From the NCBI GenBank assembly GCA_964247055.1, contig OZ176055.1:2294001-2358000 (forward strand): DNA of 64,000 nucleotides. The letters run 5' to 3'. This document shows positions 1-13,621 of this stretch, one piece after another (positions within the stretch are counted from its first letter, which is position 1; every line of letters starts with the position of its first letter). Position numbers and translations under genes: made by a program. This stretch comes from Paragordius varius. Its lineage: Eukaryota; Animalia; Nematomorpha. The notes below the pieces were generated by a model. That model searched no databases and was not told the origin of the DNA. It worked only from the letters and a program-made list of their open reading frames with translations.

Positions 1-5
1 TTTAA

Positions 6-600
6 GAGTTTGGCTGGCAATCATATTTTGACTCTCATCCTGGAAGATGTAAGATATTGCCGTAATCACAGGTAATGTAGTGTTAACTAAAAAATCACGT
101 TCAAGACCCCGACCATACACTATGAGTCCTATTTCAACATTTTCTGCAAGCAGTGATATATATTTTCATGTGTATTTTTTTCAAAACAAATTTAGCTATA
201 TATGAAAACTTTATAATAAAAATGAAAATTTCGCTTTTTTTTATATTATATACAGCGTGCTAATACTAACCGAGGCTTTTGGATAGATATCCATTCAGGA
301 ACAATAGGCAAGAAAGAATAGTAATTGATGGCATTTTCCGATTAAAAATAGCGAGAAATAAAATTTCAAAAGTATTTTTTATTAAAACTTAGTGCTATAT
401 ATACATATAAATGAATATACGATTGATTGTTGAAGCAAAATGTTGACGTCTGTATTTTTTAGTAATGTGTAAAACAACATTGAAAAACAACATTTACAGG
501 TAGTATATTTAGTTATAAACATATCGCCGTATAACAATATAACTCCATTTAGATTTCGATTTTTTACTGATTGATTAGTTATACCAGCTAAGCTATATTA
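6..600 (-). repeat. MITE-like repeat copy, inverted relative to the copy at 1338-6677
   Basis: 1-405 is the reverse complement of about 6280-6682, and about 400-600 is the reverse complement of about 1352-1565. Begins TTAA|GAGTTTGG. Confidence 0.75.
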
Positions 601-2132
601 TTAGGGGCTGATAAATTAAAGTTAGATATTTAATGTCTATAAAAATAGAAAACTGGTAATTTTTATTGCGTGTGTGAGTCAGAAACGTTCTGTTTATAAT
701 TTATTAGTATTTGGCATTCACCAATTTTTTGGATATTAAATTTAGGTATGTAAATATTTATCTGGGAAAATTAATTATCTTATTTTTAAATACAATAAAA
801 AATCAATAAGCAATAATAGTTCAAAACTCGTGTATTTTAATATGTTATTTTTCCTTTTATTAACGATTATATATATAATTTTACAGTAGCGTATGGAGTA
901 AAAAATTGTTAGTGCAAAATAAAATAAAAAAACACTTTTTAAAAAAAAACAGGGGGATATTATGGATAGTTTATACAAAATTAGGGGACATTGATATATG
1001 TAAAAAGTGCGCATTTTTTTAAATTAAAAATAAGTGTAACATAATTTCCCAGATAAAAAAGTTAAATTTTTATTTCATGGTAGAATTATATAAATTACAC
1101 CGTATGGTGAATAATAATCTCGTATGTTAAAATAGAAATAGAGAATGCAATTGTTTAATTAAATACATTAGTGTTTTAAAACTATATGGAACTGTATACT
1201 ACAATTATACAAAATAATAAAAATAACTTGCTTTTCTCGATCTATTAAAAACTGAATATGCGTGGGGTGAAAAATAAACGTATTTTTAAAATTTGGGATT
1301 TTTTGTATTAAAAAAATTACAACAGTTTACTTGTTAACACTTGGATACAACATATAGCTTAGCTGGTACAAGACTAATCAATCAGTAAAAAATCTAAATC
1401 TAAATGGAGTTATATTGTTATACGGCGATATGTTTATAACTAAATATACTACCTGGACATGTTTTTCAATGTTGTTTTACACATTACTAAAAAATACAGA
1501 CGTTAGTTAGATTACAACATTTTGCGTAAACAATCAATCGTATATCCATTTATTTGTATATATAGTAATGTGACCAGATCGGCTGTTTTTCGCAGTACAG
1601 TACTGAATTTTCAGAAAAAAAACTGCGACTGTACTGCGCCCACTTTTATACTGCTTTTTGAAATTAAAAAAAATCAATTTTTATAAATATATATTAATTA
1701 CCTTTTATTTATTCAAAAAAATTATTTTAGAATTTGATATAGTATCCACTGTAAAATAACCTCATAATTTGTAAAGAAAGTGTTCATTTTTCGGTAAAAA
1801 ACTAAGATTGGCCTATTTTTAATCGGTTAATATTTATTTTCTGCTCGAATTTACATAAAATTGGATTTTGGATCGGTGAGTCTGCTTATGATCAGCCTTT
1901 CGCGCAGTGGTGAAACTATAAATTACGGGCTCCACAGTAAGATTCAGGTAATGGCTCTTTCACCCAGGGCTTTCAAAAGAGGTGCCTCAATATTTAATTA
2001 AAAAATAAAATAATGATATTTTAATAAATGTTTTAATAAGTTTAGAAAGTTCATTTTTTATTATAATTATCAAACGGAAAATTGTGTAGAAATTGTTATT
2101 CCTGTAACATTTTATTTAAAATTTATTAAATA

Positions 2133-3934
2133 CTAGCGTAAATCTCGTGCTGCTACGCAGCTCGAGGAAGTCCTTCGGACTTCTGGGGGGGGGGGGGGGT
2201 TATTTGAAAAAAGGGACAATAAAATGATCCACATATGTGGATTATTTCGAAACATTATTTAATAGCTATGATCTCATAGGAATTATAATACGGTGCATTC
2301 ATACATTGATTGTTTACTTGAGGGAAAAATAGATTTAAAAAAATATTTATACGTATGATAGAAACTCCTTACTCAGCAGCTATCATCATAGAAACGCTTG
2401 ACTAAAATTTTTGCCTTTTAACAGGGAATATGTAGAATTTAATGAATTTTTACGGTCTCATACCTAGGGCGAAAAATCGATTTAAAAAATTATTTTTGTG
2501 GACTTTGTTTTTTGAAAAAAATGGCATTTTACCGGGGGAGCGGGTAAAAAGAGGGCCTAAATCAAAAAAGTGACTCGACTATGTTCGACGCAATCGAAAA
2601 TAAGTAAACAAAAATTATATTTGAAATTGAATGGTCCAACACGTTCTCCGGAAAATTGTCTCAAAGACACGATTTTTGTGGACTTCTGTTTTCAAAAATA
2701 ACCCGTTTTTCACACGGGGTGGGCCCGAACTCGGGGCCTATTTGAAAAAAAGGGGCGAAGCTATTGTCGGAGCATTCATTAATGATTATATTTTTTCGAA
2801 GTTTGGATTTGAATGGGTCTACCGGTTTTCCTGTACCAGATCACAAAGCCAGCATTTTCCTTTTTTATAAATATATAGATTACCATAAATAATGTATTAA
2901 TATCCATATATCTTTTAACATGCTATACATATGATAGATACTCCTTACTCAGCATCTATCATCAAAGAAACGCTTGACTAAAATTGTTGCCTTTTAACAG
3001 GCAATACGGAAAAACCTTCTCGAATTTTTAGAGTCTCATACCTTGGGTAAAAAAATACAATGAAAAAATTATTTTTGTGGACGTTTTTTTTGAAAAAAAT
3101 GACATTTTACGGGGGTAGCGGGTAAAAAGAGGGCCTAAATCAAAAAAGTGAGTAGACTATGTTCAGCGCGATCAAAAATAAGTAAACAAAAATCATATAT
3201 GAAATTGAATGGTCCAACACGTTCTCCAAAAAATTGACTCAACCCATTTTTCACACGGGGTGGGCCCGAACTGGGGACCTAATTCCAAAAAAGGGCGAAG
3301 CTATTGTCGGGGCATTCATTAATGATTATATTTTTTCGATGTTTGGATTTGATTGGGTTCACCGGTTTTCCGGAAACAGATCACAAAGTTACATGAAAAA
3401 TCGGTTTTTAGCGGGTAGCTCCTTACCCAGCAGCTATCATCATAGAAACGCTTGACTAAAATTTTTGCCTTTTAACAGGGAATATGTAGAATCCTTAATG
3501 AATTTTTACGGTCTCATACCTAGGGCGAAAAATCGATTTAAAAAATTATTTTTGTGGACTTTGTTTTTTAAAAAAAATGGCATTTTACGGGGGGAGCGGG
3601 TAAAAAGAGGGCCTAAATCAAAAAAGTGACTCGACTATGTTCGGCGCAATCGAAAATAAGTAAACAAAAATTATATTTGAAATTGAATGGTCCAACACGT
3701 TCTCCGGAAAATTGTCTCAAAGACACGATTTTTGTGGACTTCTGTTTTCAAAAAAAAAACCGTTTTTCACACGGGGTGGGCCCTAACTGGGGGCCTATTT
3801 GAAAAAAGGGCGAAGCTATTGTCGGGGCATTCATTAATGATTATATTTTTTCGAAGTTTGGATTTTAATGGGTCTACCGGTTTTCCTGTACCAGATCACA
3901 AAGCCAGCATTTTCCATTTTTATAAATATATAGA
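2133..3934 (-). mobile_element. Non-autonomous Helitron, composite, with internal repeat units of about 470-520 bp
   Basis: Minus-strand 5' end A|TCTATATATTTATAAAA at 3934, with a second identical 5' end at 2879. The 3' end has the hairpin CTCGAGCTGC-GTA-GCAGCACGAG, then ATTTACG-CTAG|T at 2133. Inserted between A and T with no TSD. Confidence 0.85.
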
Positions 3935-4190
3935 TTAAATTATATTAAATTTCAATTAACATCAAATTCTATATAATTAACAATATTGTACAAGTAATTG
4001 AAATAAAATGGATAAAAAGCTTATTTTTTGAGTTACTATAGAGCCTTCTCAACACGTATTAAGATGTATGATTTTAATTTTGGATAGGGCCTTATTTAAA
4101 AATAGTGGTAATCTACTCTATATGGCTAAACTTTACACACGAGGGAGGGCAAGTGTAAATGCAAAATGTTTTTGATATTAATCAGCCATG
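3935..4190. repeat. Interspersed repeat with an inverted copy at about 7400-7645
   Basis: Reverse-complement similarity, e.g. gcaagtgtaaat...tttttgatattaatcagccat versus atggctgattaatatcaaaaac...atttacacttgc. Confidence 0.7.
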
Positions 4191-7100
4191 ATGACATATG
4201 ATTTCAAAATAACCCTTTTTTCCTATTAAAAAAATAAGAGTTTTTTACGTTTTCTACATTCATTAGGTGAAAGGAATTATATTTCTTAATACTTTTCCTA
4301 AACTTTAATTTTTATTAGTTTTTTTATTTTTAGCATAAACAAATTTGAGATATTTTGTTACTAAGGCTTTAAGATAAAACAAAACCATTTTTCTAAATTC
4401 GATGATTGTGAACTTTACTGAAGTTTCAGAATTTTAATTTAAAGGTTGGTTGCAAATTTAGGTGAATTTTCATAAAAAACATAATTTTTATTTAATATAA
4501 ATTTGAAAACGAACGAATTTAATCGAAATTCTAATAGAAAGGCTTATCGAATTATATATATAAAATGTTATGACATCTCAACCGTTTACATCGTATCCAT
4601 CATGCTCAAAATAGTATGAAATATGCTTCAACAAAAATTAGATTTTTGAAAGTATGCATTTTTTAATATATTTAGTTGATATCAAAAATTAGCACATATT
4701 TAAAATTATTGCACAATGTCGGAATTTTTGCGTTTATTTTAAGAGATCAGTCCATTTTAAAAGAGCCAAAAAAAATTTTCAGAGCCCCATCTAAAAATTT
4801 AAAATTTTTAAAAATATTTATGTGTAGTTTATGTTATATTTTAGTGATATTTTTTGAAATAAAGCATTTAGCCTTCACCAAAAAAATGTTTGAAAAAATT
4901 GCGCACTTTTTGCAATTTTATACGGAGCACTTACCACAAAAGTGTAAATAACTTTCTTTAATAATCGTAAAGGTTATAACCAAAAGCACCATAAGAATCC
5001 TGTTTTCTTATCAGAATATATATGTGTTCATATAATAACACTAGACAACAAATTTAAACTTTTTTTAACTGCCATTCTTCTAAATTTAAAATTTATTTCA
5101 TTAAAGTACATAATTAGTATATCTGATAAGAAAATTGGTCTAGCATGGAAGAATTTTTTTATATTAGAGTTTATCGATAATTTTTGGCCCCGATTTCACA
5201 TTAAATTCGAAATATCGAAAATTAAAAGTTTTAGATATGAAGCCATGTATATTATATCATTCGAAAGAGCGCAAAAAACTGCATCTTTTAAATGGTATTA
5301 AGTCATTTAAATCAATCGGATGTAAAAGTTATTTGGATTTAAATGGTCGAAATTTTCAATCCTTAAATAAGTCAAGAATTTTCACAGACAAACTAATTTG
5401 AAAATCATATAAATTATTTTAATATAATTATTAAGGTTATATTAATATTTAATTTTAAAAAAATGTTTGAAAAAGCTTTTGGTTTGCTTTTTTAATAAAA
5501 ATTATTTATCATTAATATTTTACCTAGTGGATACTAAAATGCATAGTTATAACTGTAAATTAATTCACACAATGGCTATAAAAGATCAAAAATACCTTAA
5601 ACTTTGTTTTTATCTTTAAAATTTCGAAATTATCAGCCTTATAAAGAAAATAAATTAATATTGATGAGATGGTAATTTTTAAAACACAAAAAACTTAAAA
5701 ATGGTTGTTTTGAATGACATAAAAGCAATTAAAAAATGTTTTAATCAAAAAAACTTTCTTGTGTTATCTTTTTTGGACATTGATCACCATTTAAACATAG
5801 TTTGAGCTATTTTCATCCATTAGTTTTTAAAAATATAATAATTAAAAAAATGCTCTCGCTTCGCGCGTTTGTCGCTCTTTGTGTCCAATATTAACTGTCG
5901 ATGTAATATATTAGTATGCATTTTATAAAGTTTTTATTACTCTTTCGAATGATATATTACAAATGGGCATTACTTGTATATTTTTATAGAAAAATATTTT
6001 TTAGTAAAATTTTGATAAAGAGGGCGCATAATCAAAAAAAAACAAATTATACAAAATTCTTCCAACTAGTTATAATTTTTATTTCAGATTTACTGTTAAA
6101 ATGATACTAAATATCAGAAAATTCAAAAAACTCGAGTGGCAGAAAAATTTGTTGTCCAGTGTAATTCATCATAATATCTTTTTGTAGAAACTGTAATATA
6201 CCACACCGATGGTGTACAAACAATCAAAGTATGTTTTAATTCTGTACTGCGTCAAGGTTCAAAATATCTGGTCACATTAATATATAGCACTAAGGTTTAA
6301 TAAAAAATACTTTTAAAATTTTATTTCTCGCTATTTTTAATCGAAAAATGCCATCAATTATTTTTCTTTCTTGCATAATGTTCCTGAATGATCTATCCAA
6401 AAGCCTCGGTTAGTATTAGCACGATGTATATAATATAGAAATAAGCGAAATTTTCATTTTTATTATAAACTTTTCACATATAAGTTAAATTTGTTTTTAA
6501 AAATAAACTTTATGCAAAATATAAATCACTGCTTGCAGAAAATGTTGTAATAGGACTCATAGTGTATGGTCGGGGTCTTGAACGTGATTATTTAGTTTAC
6601 ATTACCTGTGGATAATATTACGGCAATATCTTACATCGTCCAGGATGAGAGTCAAAATATAATTGCCAGCCAAACTCTTAAAAAAGTATGTTAATTTTAT
6701 ATTATAACGCTATGATTTGAGTAAATTTCGGTGTTAGTAATGCATACCGTTAGAACTTTAAAATTAATTAAGCAGGCAGCCACTTTTTGTCACACTAATG
6801 TATTGACTAAACCTTAACTTTATATTTGTCCTATTATATCTGCTGCTTAACAATAATAAATCATTCTGTATGTACCTCAATTTTTAAAGTTTCCTTTAAC
6901 CCATAAGAAAAGTTTTTTTAGTCCCATGAAATTTACTACGGATGCTGGATTCCATTTATTTAAATTTTGACTTTTGTATTGAAACTGTAAAAGTTTAAAA
7001 TTTAAATTTTGTAAACATAAATTTTTTTGTTGTGTATTGATAAAAACAACATAAATTTTATGACCAGCGATTCCGACTTCTCAACCATAATGCATTTCTT

Positions 7101-9022
7101 TTTAATTGCTAATTTATTATATTTTATAATGAGACACGATGTGCTACATATTCTTGATTATTTTTCAGAAAACATTTATTTACTGTCCGATTTCCAAGAT
7201 TGGGGTTCTATAAAATTGGTATAACATTCAGAAAAAGATTTTACAGCTTCGGGATTTCTGAAATTTGGTAAAATAAAAAATACTCCATTTATTTTTTTGT
7301 TAATGTATTAATTTTATTTATATTATAGCGCCATTTGAGAGCTTCAGTAAGTGTTTATCAATTCAAAATCGTAATATACATATATATATTATATTACTAT
7401 GGCTGATTAATATCAAAAACATTTTTTATTTACACTTGCCCTACCCCGAGTAAAAAGTTTAGCCATATAGAGTAATTATTAATGATCACCACTATTTTTT
7501 AAAAAAGCTCCAATTAAAAATTAAATCGTACATATTTTAACGGTTGAAAAGGCTTTAAGACCAGTCAAAAGATAAGTTTTCATCCATTTTATCTCAAATA
7601 TTTTTACAATATTGTAATTATATATGAATGTTAATTCATTTAAATATAATTTAAAGGGGTTTGCGGATACCAATCTATGTATGTTTCACCTTAATCGTAT
7701 AGAGGAGGGTAAAATCATTGTATTTAAAGTTATTTATATCTTGGCCTAATTTCACAAAAATTTAACCATAGGTTTCATAACTGTGGTATTAAGTTTCACA
7801 AAAGATAATTTCGGTGTTTTTTACACCTTTTAGCTTGCTAAAAATCCACCCTGTAACAATATGTGTTTAGATAAGCATATCAACCGCGAACCTTAAAACA
7901 AACATTTTAAGCATTAACCAAATTTTATGGCATCTTGGAATAAAGTTTCATCATTTTCAATCATTATAATTGTTGAATGTAATTTTTTAATTGTGGATAA
8001 TAACGTCAATAAAGTTGGTTCGATCGCCTTTTACTTGCTAGAAACGTTTCTTTGTTGTAAAAGTTATTTGACATTTATAATAATTTAAATATGTATTTCA
8101 CTTATAATCAATGTATATACTATTTAAACACATCAAAAAACTAATGTACATTAAATTGTTAGATTGCACGTTATAGTAAGGAGCACATTGGCTTAACACT
8201 TCATTACTATAGCAGTTGTTTGTCCTATTTGGGTAGTTTAATACCCTACTCGATTTCAATAAACTACAGGTTTAAAAGTTATTTTGGTTACAATTAAATT
8301 ATTAAACAATGTTTCCTAAATTATAAAAAAGTATATATTTTTTTACAGTTTTAATACTTCTAGCGTCTAAAATTGGTATAGTTTCAAACCACATAATCAA
8401 ACAGCTGATATTAAAATGAAAATATATCAGATTTTTTCTAATAACAGGTTCCTAAGAGCTTAATTTATAATTTACATTTAACCATAATATACGTTTGCCT
8501 GTGCTTTATTAAAAAATGCAAAAATTGACGTCAAAAAAGTTCGAGATGATAATTTTTACGATACATTTTTTTCAGAAAAAAATTTCCATAATACGCCTAA
8601 AAGGCTAAAAAGCATATATTTAAATTATTTAAACTTGAGATCTTCTAGGTAAAACTACCCAAAAGGTGATGTAGATTTTAAATAGAAAAAATTCTATTTG
8701 AATTTTATCTATTATTAACTGAACTTGACAATATAATGTAATTATCAATGAATAAATTTGTTTTTATTTGCATCTACAGATATTACAACGACTTTAACAC
8801 GTCAAGGTTGGATTTGAAACACCAAAGTTTAATGGCACCTCTAAATATTTAGCTATTGTGATCGATAAACAAACAAAACAGATTTTGGTTAATCAAACGG
8901 TATCAAATATTTAAACATACGCAGTATTATGTTTTTGTCATATTATAAATATAATTTATATGGGTATTTTAACTTGTTATAAGGAAAAAAAGTTAATTTG
9001 AAAGAAAGTATGAATTTATTAA

Positions 9023-9576
9023 CATTTGGATACAACACATTTATTTTAGTCTTTCGATTCGAATCGGGGTGGTTGGATACCCCAAGCCTGTCTAACATTA
9101 AATACTTTAAAAAATATGGAAAGAATTGAAACCATGGCAAAATTTTTCACTTATATAACATTTAATGAACTATAATATTAAAAAAATTATTTAAAAATAC
9201 TTGATATTACTTATTTTAAGCTTAAACACGAAGGTAAAAATTTAGTCAGCGTGACATGTGTACATTGGCTAAATTAAAAAATAATACAAAATAAACCACT
9301 TTGTCTTATTCTATCATTGTTAGATTTAAATAAAAATTAGCTTCAATTTTACCTTTAAAATTAAATGAAATGCAATAATTATCTAAAATAAAAATGGCCT
9401 CGAAGTTTGATATGGAACTATGTTTTCAAAACGAATTTATATTTAGATATTTTGGCTTATTTATATAACTTTTATTAGGATAGAAGCATATTTAATTGGG
9501 ACCGTTTCCTTCAATAGTTTTTGAAAAATATTAACTAAGTTTAGGGGTATTTAAATAGCCCAATTAGAATCAAGTG
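9023..9576 (+). mobile_element. piggyBac-type MITE (about 560 bp, TTAA TSD)
   Basis: TTAA|CATTTGGATACAAC ... CAAGTG|TTAA. Internal sequence is homologous to 36335-36842, 36950-37515 (inverted) and 41210-41783. Confidence 0.75.
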
Positions 9577-10889
9577 TTAATAGAAGGTAGGCAGCAAAAA
9601 TCCATATTACATTATTCCAAAGCCTAAAGCCTGGGAATAATAAATAACAAATCATTGTGATAATATTAAAATTATTATTGATTTGAATCAAATAACTTAT
9701 AATTACGTGAAAATTTAATATTTATTTTAGCTGTCATTTATTTGTATATTTAAAGTTTATCCAATATATCGCGCTATTTAAGGCTTATATAAAAAATGTT
9801 TTTTGATAATTTTACCAAAGCGAAATTAAGGCGTAATAAACTTACGAAATAGCGGCAATACGACCCCAACTATGCTTTTATTGATGCTTACTGCTGATGA
9901 TTACAATTTTGTGGTAAGCGGCCCATTCAAAAAATGGCAAAATATGAGCACATTTTTCGTAATAACTTGTTTTTGATTAAGCTCAATGCTTCATTCCAAA
10001 AATATCAATATCATAAATTATTTATAAAAGCAAAACAATAATTTTATAATATTTTTTAAATGTGTTGAAAACGGGCTAGTTCTTTTAAAATAAACGAAAA
10101 TCCGGGATTGCGCGATAAACTTTTAAAATATATGCTTTGACAAAAAAAATTTTATTAAAATGTATATTTTTTACAAAAATTAAATTTTTAGCATAATTTA
10201 GTGGAAGCGTACTTTATACTATTTTAAATTATAATGGAAACGGTAAAAAAACGACTTTTTCTATATTATTTGATGATGCTAAACATTTATATTACTTCAA
10301 AATTTTGATTAAAATATTTGCCTTCAATTTTTGTCAAATCAAGTTATATTGATAAGATTTCAATTTTTAAAGTCAACGAACTTTTATAAAATTATGAGGT
10401 CATAGAAGTGTTTTGCATCATAAAATCTAAAAGCGTTTTTTTACCATTTCCATATGACTTAAAAGAGTATGAAGTACGCTTTTACAAAATTTTGCTAAAA
10501 ATTAAATTTTCTTAAAAGTATTTTAGTGAAAAAATTTTATTACAAAAAATGTGCTCAAATTTTGCCATTTTCTGTTATGGAGGAGTTATATATCACTCTT
10601 AAGCCCCAAAAAAGCACCATGATAATCCTGATACATATCAAAATATATTTATTTCATCAGTGTACTTTTTCATGATTTTGTACGCTATATTACCTTCTAA
10701 TACAAATTGACTCAGAAAAGATCTATCGAATCAATTTTATAATTTTTACTAAAACAAAAGCTGTTATTGTTGATGTCAATTTTGCCATTGATTTAGGCAT
10801 TTGGATTTAAAAACTCCCTAAATTAAAAAACTGAAGCGGTAGATCATTTCATTCATCTTGCATAGAATTATTTGTTATATCTTTTAAAT

Positions 10890-13621
10890 CAGGGGTGGCC
10901 ACACTTTTTTTGTCGCGAGCTTTTTTTTGGCTTTTTTGTTAAAAAAAGAGTTCGCGGTCACCCAGAAATATTTATCAAAAAAACTCAATCAACACTTTAA
11001 ATGATGTATATACCTGCTTTACAGATTAGAGTGAGTTTAAACCATTTTAAAATTGTAATTTTTTTATCTATCAACCAAATACAAAAATAATTTTAATTAA
11101 AAGACAACGGGTTATTAACTACCTTAATTTTTTAACCAACATAAAACACTTCAAAATATTTATTTATTTATTAAATTTCTATTATATGAAATTTTACAAT
11201 ATAAAAATTTAAACAATGCATTTGAAATTACAGGGGAGAATACATTATGATACAAAAAATAAAATAATTAAAAATAGCATTCCAATTTAGAACCATAATT
11301 TGAACATAAATAAGAGTACATTAAAATTGTATCAGTTTTAATTCTATCCACATATTTTTTAGTAAATCGGCTTTTTCCTAAGCGAAAATACAACTCGATA
11401 AACATCCATATTAAATAAGAAAAAAATATTTAAAACGCCCGACTGCGAAAAAATTCAGAAAGTTTATCTAAATTAGGTTCAAATGAAGTCAAAGCAATTC
11501 TCAAACATGATTCTAAATGTTTATTAGTTAATTGTGACCTCTGTTTAGTTTTGATAGCATTTATAATTGAAAAAGCCGATTCACATAAATATGTGGATCC
11601 AAAAAAAGAATTGAATAATGCAGCGGTTTTCCAAATATGGGGGTATTTATCTTTATTTATAAATTTATATATATCTGATCCTAATGATTTTAGATGGATA
11701 TCGCATTTAACATTTATTAATTCCTCTTCCAACTCTGCTAAATTTGGTACACCAAGAAAGTGGCTGAGTTTTTGAGCAATATATTCAACATTATTATTAT
11801 TATTAAATGGGCATGATAAAAAAATAGCGATGTCTTCAAGTTTATTTATAGATGAAAATCGTAAATCATTAATAAGCAGACCAATATCATCTGCATATTT
11901 TTCAAAAGAGAGATTCTCTATTTTTTCAGACACCGCTGCCAGATTAAAAAAATGTTTTATATCTCGGTTTTTTAATTGTGTTTCTACTACTGTTAGTGTT
12001 TCCTTAAAAGATTTTAAAGCACCCATCATATCCATTATTGTTTTATCTTTTCCTTGTAATTGGATGTTTAATTTATGCAATTTTTCCGTGATATCGCATA
12101 AAAATGCAAGATCAAGCAGCCAATCTTGATCTTTCAATTCAGGGTATGAAAATTTAGAATTCTCTAAAAAAATTTCTATTTGTGGTAAAAGTTGCCTAAA
12201 TCTAATTAAAAATGCGGCACGACTCAACCACCTTACGTCAGTATGTAATAAAAGTTCTCCATATTCCACGCCGCACTCATTTAACAAAATTCGAAATTGG
12301 CGGCGGGACAAGCTTTTTGTTCGAATGGCGTTAACAATTTTAAAACAGGGGTTCATTACATGATGGTATTTTAAAACTTTTGAACATAAAACTTGATTAT
12401 GGATTATACAATGGTAATCAATGAACTTGGGAAATGCACTGTGATTTTTACATAAAGCGATAAAGCCTTTGTTAACGCCAATCATAGCTGGAGCTCCATC
12501 AGTAGTTATAGATGCGAGTTTTACGATGGGAAGTTTCGTATCTGTGATAAATTTATAAAAAGAATCAAAAATATCCTGCCCTCTGGTTCGTTCGTGGAGA
12601 GGTATTATAGTTAATAATTCCTCCTTTGCAGATAAATCACTAAATATCATACGAATAAAAATGCATAATTGGGCGATTCCAACATAATCGGTGGACTCAT
12701 CGAGTTGCAAGGAAAAAAAATACAGTTATTAATATTTTCATGTAAAATTTCATCAAGATTATTACTAATATCTTCAGCCCTGCGCATAACGGTATTTCTC
12801 GATAAGCTTATGCTTTTAATAGCTGTCGTAATATTATTTTTGTTATCAAAATTTTCAAATAAAATATCACAAGCGCTAATAAAGGCTTCTTTAAATATTT
12901 CGCCATCTTGGAATGGCTTATTGTTCCGAATGAGTATTTCCGCTACCTTGAATGAAGCAATCGTAGCATTTTTATAGTCTTTGTTGTATTTAAGTATGCT
13001 ATTTTGTGAGGCGGATAATTGTTCTTTTAATTCCTTTACTTTAATGTTGCGTTCTTGAGTTTGTAAGGGGTAGTTTTTGGAGTAATGTGGATGCAGAGAT
13101 CTATAATGTCTTTCAATATTTGACTTTTTGGGCAAAGCAACAGTACTATTGCATATTAGACAGGTGCATGTTTCATTTATCATAATAAAAAAGTATTCAT
13201 GCTCCCAATCTTTCTTGTATCTGTACAACTTTTTTTGGCTCATTCTAAAATATAAGTTTTAAAAACCTACTTTTGGTGTATCAAATCAAATCTAACTTCA
13301 CGATTATGCTTCTGATTTATGAATAAGCTTTGCTCAAAGTTTTGATATATTCAAGGGAAATGACTGATTTTAAGTTTTAATGCAAATGCTCCAAAACATA
13401 TGAATTATAATTAATAAAATAATTTTTTTACACCCTTTTCTTAGACGTTTTTTTTTAATTTAAACCGTATTTTTTTGTATTTTAAATTTAAATTCGCTCA
13501 GAAGTAGCCAACTATCCGAAAAAAATCAATAAATTTTTTTTAAAAAAATATTTTCAGGCGGTCACTTTTTGAGTTGCCGCGGTCACGAAAGTGACCGCGG
13601 TCACCTCGTTGGCCACCCCTG
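10890..13621 (-). mobile_element. hAT DNA transposon, Charlie/SPIN (GTF2IRD2-like) group, near intact
   Basis: TIRs CAGGGGTGGCCA at 10890 and TGGCCACCCCTG ending 13621. Perfect 8-bp TSD TTTTAAAT at 10882-10889 and 13622-13629. Transposase gene inside. Confidence 0.95.
11430..13243 (-). CDS. hAT transposase (about 604 aa), split by one frameshift in a T8 run near 12713-12720
   Basis: N-terminal BED-type zinc finger (CLIC...RHYRSLH). Catalytic-type motifs LQLDESTD, ITTDGAPAM, CIIH, RWLS and FGSTYLCESAFS, plus the hAT C-terminal dimerisation region. One extra T would join CIFF to SLQLDES. Confidence 0.9.

Larger units (their letters stand above)
1566..6279. mobile_element. Non-autonomous hAT-type DNA transposon
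   Basis: Perfect 14-bp TIRs, TAATGTGACCAGAT (1566-1579) and ATCTGGTCACATTA (6266-6279). 8-bp TSD ATATATAG at 1558-1565 and 6280-6287. No transposase ORF seen. Confidence 0.9.
1338..6677 (+). mobile_element. TTAA-flanked (piggyBac-type) MITE of about 0.6 kb, split by a hAT insertion
   Basis: TTAA at 1334-1337 and 6678-6681. The 5' end CACTTGGATACAACA is shared with the MITE family at 9023 and 41210. Removing 1566-6287 restores colinearity with 1-600. The two ends are only weakly complementary. Confidence 0.55.

Noticed and set aside
2631-3938. Repeated small ORFs (MVQHVLRKIVSK...; also 15010-15195)
   Set aside because: They lie antisense within Helitron repeat units, with indels shifting the frame between copies, and show no protein motif.
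7680-8060. 27-nt GT-AG candidate on the minus strand between short frames
   Set aside because: All downstream frames close within about 20 codons and there is no homology cue.
11551-12977. Plus-strand ORFs of 74-102 aa
   Set aside because: Antisense shadows of the hAT transposase.
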